DNA of 47,816 nucleotides from Oligoflexales bacterium (GTDB taxonomy: Bacteria > Bdellovibrionota_B > Oligoflexia > Oligoflexales > Bog-1112): NCBI GenBank assembly GCA_045105515.1, contig JBGCDR010000325.1:1-47816 (forward strand), in the 5' to 3' direction. Under the pieces are notes generated by a model, which searched no databases, was not told where the DNA came from, and saw nothing but the letters and a program-made list of their open reading frames with translations. The translations under genes and the position numbers were made by a program. How positions within the stretch are numbered: position 1 is the first letter of the stretch; every line of letters begins with the position of its first letter. This document shows positions 37,207 to 45,821 of this stretch, piece after piece.

Positions 37207-38439
37207 ATGCATAAATCCATAAGTCTGGTCACAATCGGAATATTGATTCTGACAATACTTGGAGCCTGCAAGACCAGCGACAAAAAGAATGAAAATGAAG
37301 GTAACGACCGTTATGGTGGAAAATTTGACGATAAAAACAGAGTAAACATCAAGGTACCTAGCGATTTAAAGGGTTTTGCTCCTCCAACCGGTTCACAAAC
37401 AAATGCAAACTCAAGTCCAGAGGTCCTTTCAGGATTGAGCCTTACTGCACCTCCTCCTCAGTCTACTGATGGCATAGAAGAGATCATCTCAAAGTGCTTC
37501 ACCAATGACAGTAAATTTATTGCAGAAGGATGGTATTTTTATGCTGAACTCAGAAGCAGCGGTAGGGTCATCAAGGACTACAATTCCCGTGAAGTAAACC
37601 GCTGCAACGAAATGCAGTTGGAACTAAAAACCTTGGAAAGAAATACAAATTATGAAGTTGTAGCTTCGTTTTATTGGCAATCTAAAGATAAAAGCATAAC
37701 CATCGTCTGGTATGAAGGTAAGACAAAGGTCTTTAAGCCAAGTGATCGAAATATTTCCCTTGTTCTCCAGAAATTGAGAGTTGATCAAGTGGTTGACGTG
37801 GATATCGAACTTGGAGAAAAAGACAGCTGCATTAAAAGAAAATATCTTTGGAATGGAAAACGCTGTCTAGATGGTTTTAATTCTATTGTGTTTACTCATT
37901 CTGACCTTACTGACTACTCAAAAAATGCTGAAGTTGCCGGAAGCCGTCAGCGGAAATGTTTGCAAATAGGAGACCAAGGTTTCGCTGTCCAATTTGACTG
38001 CCACTACAAAACTAGTCAATTAATTAAAACAAAGCTCCATGGTAGCCAGGACTTAAATAAGGATTTACCACCCACTGAATATGGTTGGTTTACAATGCAG
38101 TTTGAATCAGGTGAAATGTGCCTACAGTTCCAACAAGATCCGAAAGGTCAAGAACCTTACCTTGTACCTCAGCCGTGTGACACAGAAATTCCTCGTTCTG
38201 ACCAATTATTTACTTTGGTCGAAACCTCGGTAGGAGATGCCGGTGCCAGAAACTCTTTTAGAATTATGAACCAGCATGACGGCACAGCTAGATGTATATC
38301 AATTCCGCCTGAAAAAGGAGACCTCACCGGTGTTCAACCTCTGAGGAATGGAGCACCCGTGCGCCTCACTCACTGTGCATCAAATAATCCTAATGTTAGA
38401 ACAAGCCAGTTTGTTCGGTTCAATTTAACAGAAGATTAA
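37207..38439 (+). CDS. lipoprotein with C-terminal ricin-B-like beta-trefoil
   Basis: Lipobox ILGA-C; three C(L/I)...C...Q subrepeats (KCLQI..DC..SQL, MCLQF..PC..DQLF, RCISI..HC..SQF). Confidence 0.7.
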   Translation: MHKSISLVTIGILILTILGACKTSDKKNENEGNDRYGGKFDDKNRVNIKVPSDLKGFAPPTGSQTNANSSPEVLSGLSLTAPPPQSTDGIEEIISKCFTNDSKFIAEGWYFYAELRSSGRVIKDYNSREVNRCNEMQLELKTLERNTNYEVVASFYWQSKDKSITIVWYEGKTKVFKPSDRNISLVLQKLRVDQVVDVDIELGEKDSCIKRKYLWNGKRCLDGFNSIVFTHSDLTDYSKNAEVAGSRQRKCLQIGDQGFAVQFDCHYKTSQLIKTKLHGSQDLNKDLPPTEYGWFTMQFESGEMCLQFQQDPKGQEPYLVPQPCDTEIPRSDQLFTLVETSVGDAGARNSFRIMNQHDGTARCISIPPEKGDLTGVQPLRNGAPVRLTHCASNNPNVRTSQFVRFNLTED

Positions 38440-38479
38440 AATAATTTATCAATTATATTAATCAAATTAGCCTACTCAA

Positions 38480-38507
38480 TAGAAATCCTCTCCATTCTTT
38501 CCGATAA
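38480..38507 (+). promoter_or_regulatory. putative sigma-28 promoter
   Basis: TAGA-N16-TCCGATAA upstream of msrB. Confidence 0.4.
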
Positions 38508-38546
38508 TATATAACGGATAGATGGAATGTAATGGAGAGATTAACT

Positions 38547-39098
38547 ATGAAATTTAAGCATCACTTTTCTGCACTCAGTCTTGGATTTGGAATATTTCTT
38601 TGCTCAATTGCTTGCCAAACTTCAACTCAAAACCATCCACCTGGAAGTCGCAAAAGTGATCCAGGTTTGAAGAAATTGAGTAAGATCCAGTATCAGGTTA
38701 CCCAAAAAGGAGCCACTGAAAAAGCTTTCAATAATCCTTTTTGGAACCATTATCAGCCAGGCATTTATGTTGATATTGTTTCTGGAGATGCTCTTTTCAG
38801 CTCACAGGATAAATTTGATTCAAAAAGTGGTTTTCCTTCTTTCAAGGCTCCTATTTCAGATGATGTCATAAGTCTAATCGATCAACCTTACATGCTAGTA
38901 ATGAGTAGAGTAGAATTACGTGCAAAAAAATCAAACTCTCATCTTGGTCACCTATTTATGGATGGGCCTGGGAAAGATAAAAAGCACTATTGTGTAAACT
39001 CAGCTTCGTTAAAATTTATACCGCTCAAAGATCTTGAATCAATGGGATATGGGAAATATAAAAACCTGTTTTCAAATGAAAGTAAAATTAAACAATAA
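38547..39098 (+). CDS. msrB: peptide-methionine (R)-S-oxide reductase, lipoprotein
   Basis: QYQVTQ..TEKAF, GIYVDIVSG, SHLGHLFMDGP, YCVNSASL; lipobox SIA-C; GGAG SD before ATG 38547. Confidence 0.93.
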   Translation: MKFKHHFSALSLGFGIFLCSIACQTSTQNHPPGSRKSDPGLKKLSKIQYQVTQKGATEKAFNNPFWNHYQPGIYVDIVSGDALFSSQDKFDSKSGFPSFKAPISDDVISLIDQPYMLVMSRVELRAKKSNSHLGHLFMDGPGKDKKHYCVNSASLKFIPLKDLESMGYGKYKNLFSNESKIKQ

Positions 39099-39109
39099 CT
39101 CACATGGGG

Positions 39110-39988
39110 TTAAAGAGAGTCATCTCTGCGTAAATATTCAACCAAAACTGAAGTATCACAGTCTTGTAGCTTATGCCGATCAGCCAACTCAAGATACCTA
39201 TCAGCAACCTGTTGGGTTAGTGGAAGTGGGACTTTTAACTCCTCCGCTTTATTGAGGCAAAAGCCGAGATCTTTAATCATCCATTTTATAGCAAAGCCAA
39301 AGTCGTAGTCACGAGAGAGCATTGTTTCAGCTCTGTTGTCCATTTGCCAAGATTGGGCTGCTCCCTTACTAATTGCATGGATCAGCTTACTCCCATCCAA
39401 GCCACTTTTTTCTGCAAAGTTTAACGCCTCTGATAAGCCCTGCAAGATACCAGCAATACAAATTTGATTAGCCATCTTCGCTAATTGACCATGACCAACA
39501 GGCCCAAGCAAAACGTGCTTACGTGCATAACATGACAAAAGCATTTCTACCTTGCTGTAGTCCGTGCTATCGCCTCCCAGCATAATCGTTAAACTACCTT
39601 GTTCAGCCCCATTTTGCCCTCCCGAAACAGGTGCATCGAGAAATGAAGCTTTTTGTTTATTGCATAAATCAGCTAATTCCTGAGCTAAGTCTGCAGAAGT
39701 AGTGGTATGATCTACCAAAATACTACCTGGTTGCATACCCACCAGTACTCCGTATTCCCCATGGGTTATCGCACGTACATCATCATCATTCCCAACACAC
39801 AGAAATATAACTTCAGCTTCCTTCACTGCTTCGATAGGTGAATCGGAGAAAGCTCCACCATGTATTTCTTTAAATCTTAAAGCTTTCTCCTTAGTTCGGT
39901 TATACACTGTAATCTGATGTCCAGCTCTCTTGAGATGTCCTGCCATGGGAAAACCCATAACACCAAGACCGATAAAAGCTAACTTCAA
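39110..39988 (-). CDS. NAD(P)-dependent beta-hydroxyacid dehydrogenase (3-hydroxyisobutyrate dehydrogenase family)
   Basis: FIGLGVMGFPMA, LDAPVSGG, KMANQI, KDLG. Confidence 0.93.
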   Translation of the reverse strand: MKLAFIGLGVMGFPMAGHLKRAGHQITVYNRTKEKALRFKEIHGGAFSDSPIEAVKEAEVIFLCVGNDDDVRAITHGEYGVLVGMQPGSILVDHTTTSADLAQELADLCNKQKASFLDAPVSGGQNGAEQGSLTIMLGGDSTDYSKVEMLLSCYARKHVLLGPVGHGQLAKMANQICIAGILQGLSEALNFAEKSGLDGSKLIHAISKGAAQSWQMDNRAETMLSRDYDFGFAIKWMIKDLGFCLNKAEELKVPLPLTQQVADRYLELADRHKLQDCDTSVLVEYLRRDDSL

Positions 39989-40051
39989 ATCTCCCCCTTT
40001 TTATAATATCAGATTATAAGCTTACTTTATTCGAGTAGAAAATCCTGTGAA

Positions 40052-42199
40052 TCACAAATCTTTCAACCACAATTTGCATAAATCACAACCTGAGTCGTCT
40101 AAATTTATTATTTTTACATTATGAGCATCCTTAAAAGCCAATCTAAAATTTTGTTCTTGCTGTTGCTTATCAAATGCATTTAAGGAGTTGGTGAATTTAG
40201 TCCTAGAATCAAAAATAGCTCCAGCAAAACTAGTTTCATCAGTAATTTGAGTGTCAATAATCTCAGCCCCTCTAAGATCGGCATTTTCAAAGAATCGCTT
40301 ATTCATAATGGAACATTCAACTAGCTTTATTCCCATCATATTTGGTCCAGTATTTTGAACATGGTCGGTACTAAATGGAAGAATTAACAACTCTCCGAAG
40401 TCAACCCACTTGAACTCGGAATCTTGTAAGGAGAGTACCTCAATTTTCCAATCTTTAACAAATTCATCTTGAATCTGCCGACCAAGCTGCTTAAAATCAA
40501 GCAGTACTTTATCTTCGCCAACTTTTAGACCAGAGAATCTAGCTTGCTTGAGATTAATTTGGTCAAATTGCGTTAAGTGGAAAGGCTGAACCACATGATT
40601 TAAGTCTTCTCCTGCGGGTATTGAAAGTGAGAACCTGCTCCCACTAAAATCAACCTTAACAAATTTTGCTCCTATAAAATTGCTTCCAGTCAAACAGCAA
40701 TCAATCATCAACCCTTGCTCAAAAATACTATGACTAAAATCAAAATCTGCTAAATCTAATTCATTGAATTTAAACTTCTTAAAACTCACCTGATTTTGCT
40801 GCATGTATGCTTTGCCAACCTCATCTGAGCTTTGACCTGCTTTTCTTGGTAAAGGAGCAATGTTATTAAGCTTAAAAGCGACATTTGGTAAATTTAAGTG
40901 TTCCAGAAATAGGTTTTCATACCTAAGCTGAGTTTTTCTGAAAAATTCATCATAATCAGCACCGCTTTCAGCAAAAACTATATTCATATTTTGTTCTGGA
41001 TTTTTTTCCGAGTCTGTCGCATCTTCTTGGGTTTGAAAAGGCTTTTTGCTAAAAATATCAAAAAATTTAACCAGGTGAATCATGTTCGGGTGGAGAATAT
41101 CTAGACTCTTCATCCCATCAATATCCCAATTTTGATAAACTCCATTAATCTTGAAAAATAATTGCAGCCTTCCTGGCTTTTGATTTCCAAGTATATTATA
41201 AACCCCTATTTCTAATTTTCTCGATTCATCTTCATTGAGGGTAAAAGTATAGTTGAAGAATTCATAACTTTTATCATCTTCCTTTTCTATCTTTTCAACC
41301 AGTGCGGCTGGGTTAAAGCTAAGACTTCCTAAATAAGAGCTATGAAAATCATCTAGTCCTACAAGATCTTTATCATTTTTATGGGGTATCTTCGCCACTG
41401 GTCCTTTTCCTTTGACAATGGGGATCAGCATGATTTCATGGAACCGGCGCAAAAAAATCTCGAACTGAATTTTTCTTTCGCTCTCTGAGGCTTCTGGATT
41501 AAACTCCTTCACATTTAAGTCCTCAAATTTTTTATCTGAGCTATATCCAAAAAAACACTTTTGCGAATTTAAATTTAATAGACGACCTTTCTCCAAACAT
41601 TCATCAAGTTTATTCTTTTGGTTAAATGTAAGGAGCTCAGAAAGCGTCTTGCCGATATGACTTAACTTAGTATGCAGAATATCTGGTACTTTATTCCTAT
41701 CTGTGGGATTAAACTCAATCTCTTCAGCGTTTGAATCTATTTGTTTGAAACTAGCTTCGTAGGTATATAGCTTTAGATCCGATTCAGCTTCATCCCTTTC
41801 TAATTCATCACACTCTCTAAACTTAGTCTTAAGGGAAAACCATAGGAAGCTCCCTTTACGCTTAACTTTAAATCGCAGCTCACGTTTATGGTCGTCAAGT
41901 ACCCGACACTTTTCAGTATAATAGTCAACTCCAACAAGATGGGTTTCTTTAAATACTTCCACAGCCTTTTCTATAAACTTACAATGAGGATCATTTTCCT
42001 GCTCAAGTTCAAGATTAAGGATGGCAAAAATTGACCCTTCATCTATTTCAAGATTTTTAGGCTCTTCAGACCTGGCCAAAAGCCTAAACCTGCTATCATC
42101 TTGTTTTGATTGCTTTTGCTTAATTTGTCCGCAAGAGACAAAACCCAAGCTTAAAATTAATGCTATGCCAAGCACAAATGTATATTCACCAAGTTTCAC
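40052..42199 (-). CDS. lipoprotein with C-terminal pentapeptide repeats
   Basis: GGAGG SD with GTG start; lipobox FVS-C; ADFDFSHSIF, SNFIGAKF, ADLRGAEI and SFAGAIF repeats. Confidence 0.75.
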   Translation of the reverse strand: MKLGEYTFVLGIALILSLGFVSCGQIKQKQSKQDDSRFRLLARSEEPKNLEIDEGSIFAILNLELEQENDPHCKFIEKAVEVFKETHLVGVDYYTEKCRVLDDHKRELRFKVKRKGSFLWFSLKTKFRECDELERDEAESDLKLYTYEASFKQIDSNAEEIEFNPTDRNKVPDILHTKLSHIGKTLSELLTFNQKNKLDECLEKGRLLNLNSQKCFFGYSSDKKFEDLNVKEFNPEASESERKIQFEIFLRRFHEIMLIPIVKGKGPVAKIPHKNDKDLVGLDDFHSSYLGSLSFNPAALVEKIEKEDDKSYEFFNYTFTLNEDESRKLEIGVYNILGNQKPGRLQLFFKINGVYQNWDIDGMKSLDILHPNMIHLVKFFDIFSKKPFQTQEDATDSEKNPEQNMNIVFAESGADYDEFFRKTQLRYENLFLEHLNLPNVAFKLNNIAPLPRKAGQSSDEVGKAYMQQNQVSFKKFKFNELDLADFDFSHSIFEQGLMIDCCLTGSNFIGAKFVKVDFSGSRFSLSIPAGEDLNHVVQPFHLTQFDQINLKQARFSGLKVGEDKVLLDFKQLGRQIQDEFVKDWKIEVLSLQDSEFKWVDFGELLILPFSTDHVQNTGPNMMGIKLVECSIMNKRFFENADLRGAEIIDTQITDETSFAGAIFDSRTKFTNSLNAFDKQQQEQNFRLAFKDAHNVKIINLDDSGCDLCKLWLKDL

Positions 42200-42414
42200 G
42201 AGATCCTCCAGATTGATCTTTATTTGACCTGATACCCAAGTCGGGGCTTATCACAGTTACAAAACATGGTCAATAGCCCAAGAAAATACCACGTAATTAA
42301 TGGTTTTTTTTGTATTTAAACAAATTTATGTCGATAAAGTGACCTAAGCAGTTGATATTTTCATTTTTATCTTCTTGAATCCGATAAGGAAGCTGGAGAA
42401 ACATAAGGATAGGT

Positions 42415-43620
42415 ATGTCCCATAAGTTTAAAATGAAACTCAACGATACAAGTAGAGGCTTACAATCCTTTCTCGGAAGCAATTTTGTGATGATTGTGGA
42501 CCCTTCACCCAACTATCGAAACTCATTAAAACAGTTTATGTTAAACCTGAAAATAAAAAATATAAGGTGTGTCTCATCAGTTAAAGAGGCTAGAAGAGCA
42601 ATGATCACATTACCTGTAGGATTATTAATTGTCGAATGGATTGGAAGTGAAGAAAATGGATTGCAGTTTCATCGAAACTTAGCAAGGGAGAAAAAAAACG
42701 AAATGATCCCATTTTTATTGCTATCTGGAGAAAACCAACGCCAAGACATAATACTTGCTTCAGAGGTTGGAGTGATATCATATCTGCTCAAGCCATTTTC
42801 CTTTGAAACATTTATTGAAAAAATAGCTGTTCTCTTAAATGAAGTAACGAACCCAAATCCCACCAAACAAAGTTTAAGGAGAGGGTTTTTAGCGATCGAT
42901 GAAGAAGAGCTAATTGAAGCACGCAATTTCTTCTATGAAGCGCTAACACTCGATCCAAAGTCAGCTAAAGCATACAGTGGCCTTGCTCATGTTGAACTAA
43001 AACAGCAGAACTATCCTTTAGTTATCAACAACCTAAAAAAATCCCTTGATTTGAATCCTAACTTTTTAGAAGCACATCGTTTACTACTTGATGTTTTCGA
43101 AAAGACTCAAAATCACAGTGGAATGATGGAACAGGCACAACTGTTACATCAAGAAAGTCCTGAAAATCCTAAATACACCCTTATTCTCGCAACTCTTTTC
43201 CTAAAAAATAAGGAACTAAATAAATCAGAGTCTTTTTTTCGTAAGACGATGCAGCTTGCCCCTTCCTTAGCAGACTCATATAAGGGTCTTGGACACATTG
43301 CGGTTGAAAGAAAGAACTATGAGAAAGCTGATAAATTCTTTCAAAAAGCCCTAGACTTGGATCAAAACGATGTAAGTACCCTAAACTCGCTTGGACTAAC
43401 CTATATCAATCTAGGAAGATTCGATGATGGCTTACAAAAATACAGACAAGCATTATCACTAAAGCCAAAAGACCATAGGATTCTCTTCAATATTGCTCAA
43501 GCTTATGAAAAGCAGGAGAATATAAAATCAGCATACGAATATTATAAACGCTGCCTTATGGAAAAACCTGATTTTGAGAAAGCATCAAGAGGGCTTACAA
43601 GAACAAAAAACATCGATTAA
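42415..43620 (+). CDS. atypical receiver domain + TPR protein
   Basis: MIVDP, LIVEW, PFLLLSG and YLLKPFS receiver fold; multiple C-terminal TPRs. Confidence 0.88.
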   Translation: MSHKFKMKLNDTSRGLQSFLGSNFVMIVDPSPNYRNSLKQFMLNLKIKNIRCVSSVKEARRAMITLPVGLLIVEWIGSEENGLQFHRNLAREKKNEMIPFLLLSGENQRQDIILASEVGVISYLLKPFSFETFIEKIAVLLNEVTNPNPTKQSLRRGFLAIDEEELIEARNFFYEALTLDPKSAKAYSGLAHVELKQQNYPLVINNLKKSLDLNPNFLEAHRLLLDVFEKTQNHSGMMEQAQLLHQESPENPKYTLILATLFLKNKELNKSESFFRKTMQLAPSLADSYKGLGHIAVERKNYEKADKFFQKALDLDQNDVSTLNSLGLTYINLGRFDDGLQKYRQALSLKPKDHRILFNIAQAYEKQENIKSAYEYYKRCLMEKPDFEKASRGLTRTKNID

Positions 43621-43661
43621 TTATTTAAAAAAAATCTGTATGAAATACTACCACAGCAAAA

Positions 43662-44486
43662 TCATAACTTCACGGAATCATCGAGTTTTTTAGCTAGCTT
43701 TCTCAATTTTGTAAGTCCGCGACCTTGTTCCTTCTTAACATCCGGTGGAGCTGACTTTTTGAGATCACTTCTAGTTGAGGGGTGAGTTGCTGTAGATTTG
43801 GGAGTTAGAGCTTTATCAACTTTCTTATCTAATTCAGACTTTTTCAATTTTTGACTATGCTCGGCATAAGACTTAAATCCTTTTTCTATTTGCCTTTTAT
43901 CCTGCTCTCCGGAAAGCCTCTGAGCTCTCTGTTTAACACAATCTTCAGAGACTCCAAATAGATTTGCAACCATACTTTCGTCCTTGAGAGTTTCAAGAGC
44001 TTTCAAGAACATCCCTTTTGGCATTAAGAGGCATGCAGCAAAATCGTCTGCTCTTTCTTCAATTTGAATATCCCGGCTTTTTTTGATCTCAGGATAATAT
44101 GCTTGCTCATACCTTACTAGTGGAGAAATAGATTCTGACAGACCTCTCGTTAGTAAATCCCCTAATGCCAGTTGATTTTGAATATCAAATAAAAAATGTC
44201 CTAGCATATGAGCCAACATAAACTGACGCTCAGATCGGTTAAATCCTTCCGACAAAATCACGGACACTTTAAATTTACCGTCGTGATCTTCCACCAGAGT
44301 AGCTCCTACATATTGACTCAAAGGTCCATTGCAAACCGCAATGCCGAAATCCTCAACAAGCCCTTGCATTTCAATCTGAGGCTTTCTAGCACAATCTCCC
44401 CCAAAATATTGCCTAACTAAAATAGCTAGATGTTCCCGTTGGCCTTTTTCAACACACGATTTTAATTGAGGAAATATAGCAAGCAA
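43662..44486 (-). CDS. ImmA/IrrE (DUF955) family protein with degenerate HExxH
   Basis: RQFMLAHMLGHF and EERADDFAACLLMP; HTH-like ANLFGVS; AAGGAGG SD. Confidence 0.82.
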   Translation of the reverse strand: MLAIFPQLKSCVEKGQREHLAILVRQYFGGDCARKPQIEMQGLVEDFGIAVCNGPLSQYVGATLVEDHDGKFKVSVILSEGFNRSERQFMLAHMLGHFLFDIQNQLALGDLLTRGLSESISPLVRYEQAYYPEIKKSRDIQIEERADDFAACLLMPKGMFLKALETLKDESMVANLFGVSEDCVKQRAQRLSGEQDKRQIEKGFKSYAEHSQKLKKSELDKKVDKALTPKSTATHPSTRSDLKKSAPPDVKKEQGRGLTKLRKLAKKLDDSVKL

Positions 44487-44576
44487 TCAAATCCCTCCTT
44501 TATGAAGTTGGAAAAATCTATTTTGCAGGCGCAAAACAAGATTTACTACTTTTAATTCTATCTGATTTTTTCTTAG

Positions 44577-45821
44577 CTAAGAATGGGGGGAGGTCTTTGA
44601 CAAATTTGGAGAAAAACTTGCAAGTAAAAATCCGGCACAAAACAAAGTCAAGACCATTCTCACACTTGAATCCTGGAAGGCATTCTGGGTAAGACCTACC
44701 AAAGCAAAACCAATTAAAGTCTGCCAACCTATTTTTCTCAATAATGGATCCTGTTGTTTTAGCGCGAACCATAAAAACCAAAAGTACCAAATTAAAAATC
44801 CACTAAGGCCTAGCAGTCCTCCATTCGCAAGAATTTGTAAGAACATATTATGGGCTTCATACGGTTTTGAGAAGTCGTCTAATCCGACTTTCTTATAGTA
44901 GGGTAAGCGATAAGCAGTATCTAAGGTAAAGCCGTGACCTAAAACCGGCCTTTCTTTGACCATGTTCCAGTGTACGTGCCAAAATGCCAGTCGATCATCA
45001 GGATAATTACTATGCTTATCAACTCCGATTTGGGAGAAAGTATTTACAAATTTCTGAGTACACTGATTTGGAACCAGTACTATTGAAGCAATAAAAGTGA
45101 CACCCAAGGCAAGCACTACCCTTCTCATCTGTCCCTTTAGTGAAAAAAAACCATTCCAAGCGAAAATTAAAAATGCTGCAGCTTGGATAGTTCGAGAACG
45201 AGTAAACCAGACACTCGCAAGAACTCCGATGGCAAATAGCCATGCCCAGTAACGATTGATGGATCGGAAAAGCCAGTTTATTGCAAGGGGCCATAAAATA
45301 AATGCTGCATATGCGAGCGTTAAGGGGTGAGAGTAAAAACCTCTTGGTCTGAAGTGAGGCTCGAATATGAACTGATTGCCTAATATTCTCCACCCCCATA
45401 AAGCTTGGCTGACTGAACAAACACCCCATAAAAACCCAACTATAGCAAGTATTCTTGAAGCCCTGAACCATTCTATTTCTGATAAACCTTGCCTATAGTT
45501 GAGGTAGAATAAGAGGGGAGCTAAGATCCAAAAAAAATAGCCACATGGGTTGTGGTAGAATCCAGATAAAGGATTTTTTGGGTTTAAATAGGTAGCAATG
45601 CAAATCCACCCTACAAAGCCAATCGATGCAAGAACCGGCCACCTAAGCTTATAAATTCCATGCTTAATAGCACAAACATCCCTACGACTAGCAACAGTGA
45701 TCACAAGAAAAATACTACACAGCATAGCAACCAAATTTTGCAGAGCGATTCCAAAAGGAAAACCAAGTAAACAAAGATAGACTGGCAATAATTTCCACGC
45801 TGACCGGTTTTGTCCCACCAT
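44577..45821 (-). CDS. O-antigen ligase (WaaL/Wzy_C) family protein
   Basis: Multi-TM; RGFYSHP, TRSR, DRLAFW..ERPVLGHG, AHNMFLQILANGGLLG. Confidence 0.9.
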   Translation of the reverse strand: MVGQNRSAWKLLPVYLCLLGFPFGIALQNLVAMLCSIFLVITVASRRDVCAIKHGIYKLRWPVLASIGFVGWICIATYLNPKNPLSGFYHNPCGYFFWILAPLLFYLNYRQGLSEIEWFRASRILAIVGFLWGVCSVSQALWGWRILGNQFIFEPHFRPRGFYSHPLTLAYAAFILWPLAINWLFRSINRYWAWLFAIGVLASVWFTRSRTIQAAAFLIFAWNGFFSLKGQMRRVVLALGVTFIASIVLVPNQCTQKFVNTFSQIGVDKHSNYPDDRLAFWHVHWNMVKERPVLGHGFTLDTAYRLPYYKKVGLDDFSKPYEAHNMFLQILANGGLLGLSGFLIWYFWFLWFALKQQDPLLRKIGWQTLIGFALVGLTQNAFQDSSVRMVLTLFCAGFLLASFSPNLSKTSPHS

